Shown here piece by piece: positions 10,244 to 19,470 of a stretch of 64,000 nt of DNA. The stretch covers positions 45,136-109,135 of the forward strand of contig JAFYUJ010000057.1 of NCBI GenBank assembly GCA_017558555.1. Reading direction: 5' to 3'. The notes beneath the pieces are model-generated. The model was not told the DNA's origin, did no database searches, and saw nothing but the letters and a program-made list of their open reading frames with translations. This DNA is from Akkermansia sp. (GTDB taxonomy: Bacteria; Verrucomicrobiota; Verrucomicrobiia; Verrucomicrobiales; Akkermansiaceae). Both the position numbers and the translations under genes were made by a program. The stretch's first letter is position 1. Each line of letters begins with the position of its first letter.

Positions 10244-11092
10244 ATGCAGACAGCCTATACCAAGGATGAATTACGCGCTTTTCTTGCACCCATGCGCGGC
10301 CGCCGCATAGTTTTTGTGCCCACGATGGGGGCCTTGCACGAAGGGCATGCCACATTGATGCGCCAGGCTCGCAGCCTGGCCGGTGAACAAGGTGTTGTGG
10401 TATCCAGTATCTTCCTCAACCCCGTGCAGTTTGACAATGCCGGGGATTTAGCCGCCTATCCGCAGACACCTGAGGCCGATTTGGAAATATGTCGCACTTG
10501 CGGGGTGGATGTGGTCTTTATGCCCACACCGGATGTCATGTACTGTGCAGACCGCTCCATGGTGATGGAGGAGAATCATCTCTCTACCGTGTTGTGTGGA
10601 GCCAGCCGCCCCGGCCATTTTGCCGGTGTGTGCCTGGTTGTGAGCAAGCTTTTCAATCTGGTGCAGCCCACAGATGCCATTTTCGGCAAGAAAGATTACC
10701 AGCAGCTGGCCATTTTGCGCCGCATGGTACGTGATTTGGATATCCCCGTGCAACTGCATGGTGCAGAAATTGTGCGAGAGGCTGATGGCCTCGCCCTTTC
10801 CAGCCGCAATGTGCGCCTGTTGCCGCAGCATCGTGCCGCAGCGCCGCAAATCTGCCGTAGCCTGCGCGCAGCAGCTGCTGCCTATGCTGCCGGCTCTGCG
10901 GTAGAGTCTGTGCGTGAATCCGTTGTATCTGCCTTGTCTGCAATCGATGGTGTGCGTATTGATTACGTGGAAATTGTCGATGCCGAAACGCTGCACACTC
11001 CGGTCTGCGATAATCGCATGGCTTTGTTGGCCGTTGCCGCTTGGTTCGGCGAGGTGAGACTCATTGATAACATTGAACTTGTACGAGCATGA
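10244..11092 (+). CDS. panC: Pantoate--beta-alanine ligase
   Basis: VPTMGALHEGH, RPGHFAGV, FGKKDYQQ, READGLALSSRN, RLIDN. Confidence 0.97.
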   Translation: MQTAYTKDELRAFLAPMRGRRIVFVPTMGALHEGHATLMRQARSLAGEQGVVVSSIFLNPVQFDNAGDLAAYPQTPEADLEICRTCGVDVVFMPTPDVMYCADRSMVMEENHLSTVLCGASRPGHFAGVCLVVSKLFNLVQPTDAIFGKKDYQQLAILRRMVRDLDIPVQLHGAEIVREADGLALSSRNVRLLPQHRAAAPQICRSLRAAAAAYAAGSAVESVRESVVSALSAIDGVRIDYVEIVDAETLHTPVCDNRMALLAVAAWFGEVRLIDNIELVRA

Positions 11093-11748
11093 TTACCGCA
11101 ACCAATCTTCACCGCAGCTATCAAATCGGCCACAAGACCATTGAGGTGTTGCATGGCCTGGATTTGCACATCAACCGGGGTGAAAAAGTTTTCCTCTGTG
11201 GCCCCAGTGGCGCCGGCAAGACCACGCTCATGTACACGCTGGCCGGTCTGGAACAACCCCAGCAGGGCAGCGTTGTCATCGATGGCACAGATATTTACTC
11301 CCTCTCCCTGAAAAAACGGGCCCTGTTCCGCAACAAGACCATGGGCTTCATTTTCCAGAACTACATGCTCATGCCTGAACTTACAGCGTTGGAAAACGCC
11401 TCTCTTGCCACAGCTGTAGCAGGCCGCGAGGCTACGGAGCATGTCATCTCTCTGCTGGAGCGTGTAGGCCTTGGTGACCGCCTGCATCACCTTCCCAACG
11501 AACTTTCCGGCGGTGAGCAGCAACGCGTGGCCATTGCCCGCGCCCTGGCGCACAACCCCGACATCATCTTTGCCGATGAACCCACAGGCAATCTTGATTC
11601 CCGCAACGGCGGCCAAATCCTGGATTTGCTCTTTGGCTTGGCTGAAGAAGGCGGGAAAACGCTCGTCACCGTCACGCACGATGCATCCATCGCTGCTCGT
11701 GGCGACCGCACCCTCATCATCCGAGATGGTGTTGTAGCCAATGCTTGA
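11089..11748 (+). CDS. ABC transporter ATP-binding protein (LolD/FtsE-like)
   Basis: Walker A GPSGAGKT, LSGGEQQRVAIARAL, ADEPTGNLD, VTHD. Confidence 0.93.
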   Translation: MITATNLHRSYQIGHKTIEVLHGLDLHINRGEKVFLCGPSGAGKTTLMYTLAGLEQPQQGSVVIDGTDIYSLSLKKRALFRNKTMGFIFQNYMLMPELTALENASLATAVAGREATEHVISLLERVGLGDRLHHLPNELSGGEQQRVAIARALAHNPDIIFADEPTGNLDSRNGGQILDLLFGLAEEGGKTLVTVTHDASIAARGDRTLIIRDGVVANA

Positions 11749-11771
11749 TAAGTAACTCGTTCTCTCATCAG

Positions 11772-11809
11772 AAACGCGCTGCAAGCAACATGGCTTGCAG
11801 CGCGTTTTT
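11772..11809. terminator. Intrinsic terminator between convergent genes
   Basis: 15-bp perfect stem AAACGCGCTGCAAGC/GCTTGCAGCGCGTTT followed by T. Confidence 0.8.
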
Positions 11810-11841
11810 AATGAGTAGATGGACAGATTTTTTTCTCCCGC

Positions 11842-12363
11842 TTAGTCGCGGATGATATAATCTGCCTTGCGGGGCTTGGCCTCCACGGTGCCGCCCTCCG
11901 CCTCATAGCCCAGAATGCAGATGCCCATGCCTTCATATTCCTCGCCCAGCCCCCACTTGGCGCGGTAGGGCGCACCCTCAGGGCTCTCAAACATCTCCCT
12001 GGCTCGGTTAATCCAGCAAGACGCCAGCCCACAAGCATGAGCAGCAAGCATCAGCGTACCCATCACCAGCGCAGCATCCTGGTGCCCTGTGGTCCACGTT
12101 TTGTCTGCAAAGACAATCACAGCCGTCGGGGCACCATACATCGGGTCATGCTTTGCATCCATAATTTTGGCATTCATCGCAGAAAGCTCGGCCAGCACCT
12201 GCGAATCCTGCACCACCACCATCTTGGGGGATTGTTTGCCACGCCCCGTCGGGGTGTACGTCGCGGCTTCCAGTACAGTATTCAGCGTGGCTTCATCCAC
12301 CTGCTGTCCCGTATATTTGCGGCAGCTGCGGCGCGTCTTAATATCAGAAATGGTTTCCTTCAT
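11842..12363 (-). CDS. Nitroreductase family protein
   Basis: IKTRRSCRKY, TPTGRGKQ, LMLAAHACGLASCWI. Confidence 0.92.
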   Translation of the reverse strand: MKETISDIKTRRSCRKYTGQQVDEATLNTVLEAATYTPTGRGKQSPKMVVVQDSQVLAELSAMNAKIMDAKHDPMYGAPTAVIVFADKTWTTGHQDAALVMGTLMLAAHACGLASCWINRAREMFESPEGAPYRAKWGLGEEYEGMGICILGYEAEGGTVEAKPRKADYIIRD

Positions 12364-12543
12364 AACACCCCCATTCTAGCTTACCCACCCCCCGCCTGTC
12401 AATTTTGTTCTTCCTTGTAGTAATATACATTATAGTACGAGAGCGTTCAGTTTGCAAAAATGCTTTAAAAATCAGCTTTGAGCTGGAAAAAATGTGTAAG
12501 TATGGTAGACTGTCCAAAGATAGGAAGTTCATCAGGAGTAGAT

Positions 12544-13743
12544 ATGCTGGCTTTTATTTATAAATTGTTCGAGAAATTGGGTAACAAGTTAACTCTAAAT
12601 GTCTGGTGTGTAATAGTGACGTGCGCCGGCATAGGTGCATGTGTGTTAAATGGATTATTGCTTGGTGATTACCTTGAATGGATTAGTGCAAAAGACAGGT
12701 TAGAGCGAGAATTGGCTGCATTAGACTCCCTCTATAAGGCAGATTCTAAGAAGGTAACAGAACTTAAACTTGAGGTTGTCGTGTTTGAGAAGAAAAAGCA
12801 GCAGCTGCTCGCGATAGAAAAACGAATTACTGAATTACAAGGTCCGCTTTCAGAAAAAGAAAAAATGGATAGCCAATTAACAGGCTCAATTGACCAAAAA
12901 AATCAGGAGCTGCAGGCGAAAATAAAAGAAGTTGGGTCGGTTACAGAACGTCTAACTGCGGCCAATGCTGAGTTGGCGGCGCTGTCTACTAGAGTGGAAC
13001 AGTCGAAAGCAGAGTTTGAACAGATAAAGGCCAGCAATTCTGCATTGTTAGATGATACACAACAGAAGAAAGAAACAATCATACAGCTGAATGAGCAAAT
13101 ATCTGAATTGGAGAAAAATAAACAAAACACTCAAGAGCAGATTAACTCATTGCGACAAACGTTAAGTGAGGTCCAAGGCCGATTATCAGCAGAGCAACAG
13201 GAAGAGTCTCAGCTGGGAGAACGTATGAAAACGCTGAGATCAGAGCGAGAATCCGTTCAACATCAACTTGCCGATATCCAGAGCAAAATTGATTCATTAA
13301 CTTCTTCGCGAGGCAATACCAGACGCATAGAGATGGAACGCAATCTTGAATCTTTGCAGGAAAGAAAGAAAGTTTTAGACTCAGAATTGAGTCAGAAATC
13401 AGCTGAAGCAAAAGCTGTGACTGACACTCTGTCTGACATGGTTCGTAGACGAGATGTAGCCAAGACTGAGTGTGATAGCTTGGAGGCCCTTAAGACGGAA
13501 AAGAAAAATCAACTAGACATAATCAAAAGAGAATATGATTCCGCTGCTCAACGAAAACAATCTCTGGAGAGTGAAATTACCAAGATGAATGGAGATTTAC
13601 AGACTGTAAAGCAATCTGTTGGAGAATTAGAAAAAAAGAAAAGAGCTCTTCAGGAAGAATGTGATAGACTAGAGGCTGTCATGGAGCAAAAACGAGCAGC
13701 GTTGCAGAATGAAGATCAATCCTCACCTGTCGCAAATAAGTAA
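12544..13743 (+). CDS. N-terminal TM + long coiled-coil protein (CnuA-like accessory subunit)
   Basis: SD AGGAG precedes ATG 12544; hydrophobic segment VWCVIVTCAGIGACVLNGLLL, then ~350 aa of heptad-rich E/K/Q/L sequence. Confidence 0.8.
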   Translation: MLAFIYKLFEKLGNKLTLNVWCVIVTCAGIGACVLNGLLLGDYLEWISAKDRLERELAALDSLYKADSKKVTELKLEVVVFEKKKQQLLAIEKRITELQGPLSEKEKMDSQLTGSIDQKNQELQAKIKEVGSVTERLTAANAELAALSTRVEQSKAEFEQIKASNSALLDDTQQKKETIIQLNEQISELEKNKQNTQEQINSLRQTLSEVQGRLSAEQQEESQLGERMKTLRSERESVQHQLADIQSKIDSLTSSRGNTRRIEMERNLESLQERKKVLDSELSQKSAEAKAVTDTLSDMVRRRDVAKTECDSLEALKTEKKNQLDIIKREYDSAAQRKQSLESEITKMNGDLQTVKQSVGELEKKKRALQEECDRLEAVMEQKRAALQNEDQSSPVANK

Positions 13744-13775
13744 AATAATACGAAATCTTCAATAAACATCTTACT

Positions 13776-15926
13776 ATGACAACTTTGTACATTTTTACTT
13801 CGCTTATTATTGTATTTGTGATATCGTCCTTATGGCTAGCTACATATCTGTTTAGACGAGCCAAAGACTTAGCTCCATACTATGCGGAGAAAGAGACCTT
13901 GGAACAGGATATTGCGACTGCACAACAAAACCGTGCGCAGATGCTTTTGGAAATGGATCAACTTGCGACAGATCTCGCTCAGGCTAAACAAGACATAGCA
14001 GATGCGGAATGTCAAAGAAAGTGGTTGCAGGATAACCAAGGGACAGTTTCCTCTCTAAAGGGGCAAATCGCATCCACTCAGCAAGAATTAGCAGATGTAA
14101 CCGGGAAATTGGATAAGATAAAGACTGAGCTCCAAGCCAAAAATGAAGACCTGAAGAGTATCACTAACGAATGCAATGTTAAGGAATTGGAGAAACGTAG
14201 TGCAGAGCACGAACTTGGAGAGTTACAACACAAAATTCAAACGGCACAAAACTCCCTTGCTGCGAATGAAGACAAATTACAGAAATTAGTTAAGGATATC
14301 GCACAACGTGATTTGGATTTGGCAGAACGGATTCATAACCTATCTGAAGCTGAAAAGCGCTTAAGCAGTGCTGAATCTCAGATTAGAGAGTTAAGCAACG
14401 ATATCGCGTCACTAAAAAAGGAAAAAGAGGAGTTTGAGGCCTTCGCTAAATTAAAGAAGGAGGCTCAGGCGGATTTAGAGAAATTAGAGAAGACTCTCCA
14501 TCAACTTGAAACAGCAATAGAAGATAAGAGGAAGTTGTTGAGCTCTATCGAGGATAAATTGTCCAAGCTGGAAAAAGAACTTGCTCAAAAAGCGGGAGAC
14601 GTTTCTTCTTTGGATAGGAAGGCAACCGAATTACAGGAATCTATAAGAAAAAAAGAGGAAAATAAAGCATCCCTAGAGTCGGAAATTGCTCAATTAACTG
14701 AGACTCGTAACGGGGTGAAAGCAAGAGTTTCTGAGTTGGAATACGAACTTAGTGGCCTTGTTGGTAAAGAGAAGGCTCAAGAGAAAAAGTGGGAGGACTT
14801 GGACAGACCTGTAAAGACAATCAACATCGCAAAGCCTAAAGAACACGACGAGCGCGACTGGCTAAAAGAGTTTGAGGCTAACCTTGCGACAACTGGATTT
14901 AGATTCGATACTCGTTTAATCAAAGCTTTCCATACAAGTCTTAAGGTTGCGGATTGCTCCCCCATGGTTGTCCTCTCAGGTATATCAGGAACGGGCAAAA
15001 GTCTTTTACCGGAATTGTATGCACATGCTGTCGGCATGAACTTCTTGCAAGTACCTGTTCAGCCGCGTTGGGATAGCCCTCAGGACATGCTCGGATTCTA
15101 CAATTACATGGAACACCGATACAAGGCCACCGAATTATCCCGATTGCTGTGGCAATCGGATAAGTTCAACAATCCTGCCCAGACCAAGAACAATCCGGCT
15201 ATGAACCTGATTTTGCTGGATGAGATGAACCTTGCTCGTGTCGAATATTACTTCAGCGATATGCTGAGTAAGCTTGAGGTGCGTCGAGGCCTTGATCCGA
15301 CAAATGAAGCGAAACGCAGGGCTGCTGAAATAGTACTCGAAAGCGGCGCTACAGCTGGGGGTGAGGATATCAGGCGTATATTTGTTGGAACCAACAACTT
15401 GTTCATTGGAACAATGAATGAAGACGAATCTACTCAGTCACTTTCCGACAAGGTAAAAGATCGAGCTAATGTGCTTCGATTTGGTCGTCCAAAAGAATTA
15501 AGCGGCGCAACAGCAAATAAGGAGGAGTTTTTCAAAAAGTATACCAGTTGCATGATGACCGAAGCAATGTGGAAAAAATGGATTTCTACTTCCGAGGAGC
15601 GCGGTATCTCAAATCTGGGACAACAGATGGATGAAATAAATAGGTATCTTGCAGAATTAGGCCGCCCGTTTGCTCATCGAATGTGGAATACGGTTGCTGC
15701 ATATATTAGCCAGTACCCGGGAGATAAGCATGACGCCTTGATTGATCAAATTGAGATGAAGATTCTTCCAAAATTGACGGGGCTTGATATGGCTGATCCT
15801 ACAATTAATCGTGTGATGAGTAATCTTGCTGGCTATTTACACAAACTTAACGAACCAAGATTAAATGAAGCATTTGATTTAGCGTGTAAGCGTGATTTCT
15901 TCGCATGGCAAGGAATAGAGCGTTAA
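13776..15926 (+). CDS. McrB-family AAA+ NTPase with N-terminal TM and long coiled coil
   Basis: TM LYIFTSLIIVFVISSLWLATYLF; ~300 aa coiled coil; Walker A GISGTGKS; VPVQPRWDSPQDMLG; Walker B LLDEMNLARVEYYFSD; McrB signature variant GTMNEDES...DKVKDRA. Confidence 0.9.
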   Translation: MTTLYIFTSLIIVFVISSLWLATYLFRRAKDLAPYYAEKETLEQDIATAQQNRAQMLLEMDQLATDLAQAKQDIADAECQRKWLQDNQGTVSSLKGQIASTQQELADVTGKLDKIKTELQAKNEDLKSITNECNVKELEKRSAEHELGELQHKIQTAQNSLAANEDKLQKLVKDIAQRDLDLAERIHNLSEAEKRLSSAESQIRELSNDIASLKKEKEEFEAFAKLKKEAQADLEKLEKTLHQLETAIEDKRKLLSSIEDKLSKLEKELAQKAGDVSSLDRKATELQESIRKKEENKASLESEIAQLTETRNGVKARVSELEYELSGLVGKEKAQEKKWEDLDRPVKTINIAKPKEHDERDWLKEFEANLATTGFRFDTRLIKAFHTSLKVADCSPMVVLSGISGTGKSLLPELYAHAVGMNFLQVPVQPRWDSPQDMLGFYNYMEHRYKATELSRLLWQSDKFNNPAQTKNNPAMNLILLDEMNLARVEYYFSDMLSKLEVRRGLDPTNEAKRRAAEIVLESGATAGGEDIRRIFVGTNNLFIGTMNEDESTQSLSDKVKDRANVLRFGRPKELSGATANKEEFFKKYTSCMMTEAMWKKWISTSEERGISNLGQQMDEINRYLAELGRPFAHRMWNTVAAYISQYPGDKHDALIDQIEMKILPKLTGLDMADPTINRVMSNLAGYLHKLNEPRLNEAFDLACKRDFFAWQGIER

Positions 15927-15936
15927 TTCAGATATA

Positions 15937-17190
15937 ATGACTTACGATCTTGAATCCTTTTGTGTTGCTAATCCCAAGTATGCGGAGCTGTCTTCGTATA
16001 CTGAGGTTTCATATCTAAAAGCGTATCAGGATGGAAAGTTGGAAGCAGATAATGCGAAGGGTTATGAGGCCGAGTTTGTATGTGACGTTGTTGAGTTAAT
16101 GACTGAGCTTCGGTACGAGGCTGAGCGCGATTTTAGAGAAGGAAGTACGCAGGCAAACAATAGGCGTGGCGAATTGCGTTTGTCGATAGAATCCTTAACG
16201 GATAGATTGACTTCGGATACTAGCGATGAACCGCCCCAGCAGTTGGTGTCAGTCATTGCTAGTCAGCATTTGTCTGTAATTGAAGATTTGATTAGCTCAA
16301 TGCGTAAAATATTGCGTCGTAAGCGGGATATGGTGTCTATTTCCTCGGTACAGCAAGTTGATGCCCATTGTTTGCGTTGGTTGGCCCGCCAGCCGGGACA
16401 TCTGGCTCAAGAAAAAGCAGGATCGCGGCAAGAGCTGCTGGCCGTTGTAAGAGAGGAGACGAGAAATACTCTGGAAAACAGGGTGCTGAAAGACTTTGTT
16501 TATCGGGTAGAAATTTTGGCTCGACGCTATTTACAGCAATATGAAAGTCGTTATCCTGCATCTTCCCGTGTCAAAGATGTAAAGCGTTTGAGAAGTTGCT
16601 TGTTCAATGCTTTAAGATTACCTGAGATACAAAGCTTGCCAACTATGAAAGCTTTGGTGCAACCGAACTATGTTTTGCTTCATGATGCACGATATAGCAA
16701 GTTATGGGAGTTGTATAGATTAGTGCTAGCTCACACTAGAATGTCTGAAATTGTATGGCCAAAACGACACAGGTTGTTTGCAGAAATTTTTCTTGTTTGG
16801 GTTATTACTCGATTAAACCTGGAACACAAGAGTTTTTATGAACTCTCATATTGGATTAAAGAAATGCCAACGAATGGTTGCTTCTTTGTTGAGCCTACTT
16901 TTACGAATGCATTTGAAGATTCTAACGGTGATGTTTTGAGCTGCGTTGTTCCTGCTTCATGTGGGATCTTTGAGCTAAAGAGCACCTCATATAGTAAGCA
17001 TGTGCACTTGCTATATATTCCCGGAGACTTTGAGTCAGATTTTCATTTTCCAAATAATAACGACACTTATGTTGTTTGCTGTTTTTCTGGAAAGTGTTGC
17101 GACAAGCCTAGACATCGGAGTAATGTTATTTGGGTGAACTCCTTGAATCAAATGGACTCAGCTGTTTCGGAACTTTTGAGAAAGAAGTAA
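15937..17190 (+). CDS. DUF2357 / McrC-like protein
   Basis: NTLENRVLKDF and PNYVLLHDARYSKLWELY are typical DUF2357 motifs; directly follows the McrB-like gene. Confidence 0.8.
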   Translation: MTYDLESFCVANPKYAELSSYTEVSYLKAYQDGKLEADNAKGYEAEFVCDVVELMTELRYEAERDFREGSTQANNRRGELRLSIESLTDRLTSDTSDEPPQQLVSVIASQHLSVIEDLISSMRKILRRKRDMVSISSVQQVDAHCLRWLARQPGHLAQEKAGSRQELLAVVREETRNTLENRVLKDFVYRVEILARRYLQQYESRYPASSRVKDVKRLRSCLFNALRLPEIQSLPTMKALVQPNYVLLHDARYSKLWELYRLVLAHTRMSEIVWPKRHRLFAEIFLVWVITRLNLEHKSFYELSYWIKEMPTNGCFFVEPTFTNAFEDSNGDVLSCVVPASCGIFELKSTSYSKHVHLLYIPGDFESDFHFPNNNDTYVVCCFSGKCCDKPRHRSNVIWVNSLNQMDSAVSELLRKK

Positions 17191-17193
17191 GGT

Positions 17194-19470
17194 ATGATAG
17201 TCGATGTCTACGATCTTAACGCAACCTTATGTTGCTCTCGATATAAGATAGATGTGGAGCATTGCGGTTTTTCTTTGATAAAGCGCAAGCGCATAAGTGA
17301 TGTGCTAATCTGGCCTGATGTTTCAAAAAATAGAAATCAACCACCATATATACAAGAACGGAAGCAGCCGATTATCAGAGACCTTTTGGGGAAAGATGGA
17401 ACTTTTTCCTTCGAGAATTGCTCTTTTCTGGCAGACTTCTGGCAGATGGAACACCAAGATGAGAAAAAGATAGAAGCTTTTTTCAGATCTTTAAGACATT
17501 CTAGCTACGCTTTCGATAATCAGGCTGACTGGAATGTAATTTTGATACCTGATAATTTTGATGCAAACTTGCAAGAGAAGATTCTTCGTACATGCTCGTT
17601 ACCCCGTGAATCGACATTTTTGCTGTGGCGATCTGTCGCGACATGTTTGGGTAATCTGTCGTTGCTGAAACAATTGCCAGACAAAAGCTTAGTTGTTAAA
17701 GTGATTGATTATCAACTGAGGTATTGCGATGAAAGTGTGCTGAATCTTATTTACGAAGATAACTTGATTGTTCCCCAGAGACGTGCATATAAAATGGGAG
17801 AATTTTATCCACGCCATGACAAATACGATGGTCAGGATGTTTTCGAACCGAGTAATGACTTTTATCGCCATACATATTATGGTACCACCAAGGATTGCGT
17901 TGTATGGGATGCTCAGCAGGGACAATTTGCAAGGAAACATTTTGTCAAAGAAAGAAAAATACGGCTATTCATTGAAGGAGGAGGAAGCAAATTACAGGTT
18001 CATCGATTTAGTGCAAGTGACGGTGCCGCCATTTTTGTTGCCAGAAAGGCTAGTGGCAGAGCAACGTATTATGACGAGAGCACAGGGTTGTATATCGTAG
18101 TACAAGATCTAGAAAAAGAGGAGATATATGCAAAAGAACTTATAGCTCCTAATTCAAAATGTCCTGGAGGCGAGGTGATCCTCGGCCAGGTTAATACTGA
18201 CTGTTTTATAGACAAAGGAACTGATAACGTGCGTTTCCGTTTGGCAGACTCGCATGGTGATGATGTACCCCTGAAAGTACTCGACTATACTTTCATGACA
18301 GGGGCTATGAAAACAAGGGAACCCTTGAAGCTTCATCCTTCTATGATACCCGGACAGGGAATCGCGAGAGTACGTGTCACAGGGGAGCATCAATTACGTA
18401 CTTCTGTGGATTTAGATTTGCTGGAAATGGAGTTGACTAATCCTGTGGAAACTGTCAATTCATTGCGTAAAGATATTAAGCATTCTTATCCTGTGGACAT
18501 ACCTGCTGTTGCGGCGGACAGTTGGTTGTGGCAAGAGGTTGAAAGCAAGGTGAAGCGTTATATGAACAACCGCCGGTATCGAGACAAAACCATGTTTAGC
18601 AAATGCAGGTATGCGGATGCCAAGGCCACGGGGATGGATCGCCTGAATCGTATTAATGTGTTCGGCTATGCTTTGAATAGGGAATTACCGTTGTATTCAG
18701 GAGGTTTCGATTTCGGAGGGTTGTTCCAGTATATGGAAAATGATTATAGGTATTGCCAGAAGCGCGATGATATGGATGGAATGTATACTGTTTTAGCAAT
18801 GATATCACGCACATATCAGGGCAATAATCCAGTGTTTGATCCCATCAAGCGAGAACTGTTAAAACAGGTTGAAATATGTTCCAGAGAAGAATCAGGATCA
18901 ATTAGTACGCATGTCATGACGGCGTGTGCCAACTTGCTTCGTTCCTCAGATGAACTTAATCAATTCTTCCAGGCGTTTCTCAGAAAGGCCGGGGCGGTTA
19001 CGGAGGATGTGAGCTTGGAGGGTTTGATATATGGCCTGAGATCGCGTAAGCTACTAGGAGCTTCTATATTCGTTCCCGAGTTTAAAGGCCTGCTACATTG
19101 GAATCGTGTTCTGGCTGAACTGTTGATTGCAAACAATGAGATGCTGAGTCGGATTAGCAGCGCGGATTGTAATAAATGCATGAGGTATCTGTTAACCATG
19201 CTCGCATCGTATCATTATCATGGTAAGCCCCGCTTGACATATGGAGTATTAAAGGTTTGTCTATTCTTGTTAATGAGACGGAAATATGACAAGTTATTTT
19301 TAAGTCCAGGATCCGAAATCCGGGAACAAGCAGAAGAAGTATTAGCCGAAACGAAGCAGTCGACAGACAAGCTGGTAGGTACATGGAGTGATATCGTAAT
19401 GAAATATGTACAGGGCAAGGGAACATTGGATGATTTAATTATAGCTGTTGAACCAGACCAAGAATCATGA
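17194..19470 (+). CDS. Degenerate Hsp70/actin-fold-like protein with C-terminal helical domain
   Basis: VILIPDNFDANLQEKIL (cf. VITVPAYF...QR), FLLWRSVA (cf. LINEPTAA), VIDY, SDGAAIF (cf. AxGAA), SBD-like LIAPNSKCPGG...PGQGIARV. Canonical GIDLGTT is absent. Confidence 0.55.
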   Translation: MIVDVYDLNATLCCSRYKIDVEHCGFSLIKRKRISDVLIWPDVSKNRNQPPYIQERKQPIIRDLLGKDGTFSFENCSFLADFWQMEHQDEKKIEAFFRSLRHSSYAFDNQADWNVILIPDNFDANLQEKILRTCSLPRESTFLLWRSVATCLGNLSLLKQLPDKSLVVKVIDYQLRYCDESVLNLIYEDNLIVPQRRAYKMGEFYPRHDKYDGQDVFEPSNDFYRHTYYGTTKDCVVWDAQQGQFARKHFVKERKIRLFIEGGGSKLQVHRFSASDGAAIFVARKASGRATYYDESTGLYIVVQDLEKEEIYAKELIAPNSKCPGGEVILGQVNTDCFIDKGTDNVRFRLADSHGDDVPLKVLDYTFMTGAMKTREPLKLHPSMIPGQGIARVRVTGEHQLRTSVDLDLLEMELTNPVETVNSLRKDIKHSYPVDIPAVAADSWLWQEVESKVKRYMNNRRYRDKTMFSKCRYADAKATGMDRLNRINVFGYALNRELPLYSGGFDFGGLFQYMENDYRYCQKRDDMDGMYTVLAMISRTYQGNNPVFDPIKRELLKQVEICSREESGSISTHVMTACANLLRSSDELNQFFQAFLRKAGAVTEDVSLEGLIYGLRSRKLLGASIFVPEFKGLLHWNRVLAELLIANNEMLSRISSADCNKCMRYLLTMLASYHYHGKPRLTYGVLKVCLFLLMRRKYDKLFLSPGSEIREQAEEVLAETKQSTDKLVGTWSDIVMKYVQGKGTLDDLIIAVEPDQES

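Noticed and set aside
10158-10355. Extended N-termini in the ORF track (GTPase to 10355; likewise rpoD 30526, hemW 54853, secA 39051, efp 34588)
   Set aside because: The extensions overlap neighbouring genes or promoters and lack homology-like sequence; downstream ATGs fit promoter spacing.
12544-15926. SMC/Wadjet or chromosome-segregation annotation for the coiled-coil proteins
   Set aside because: No split ABC ATPase head or LSGG signature; the NTPase is a contiguous McrB-type AAA+ domain.
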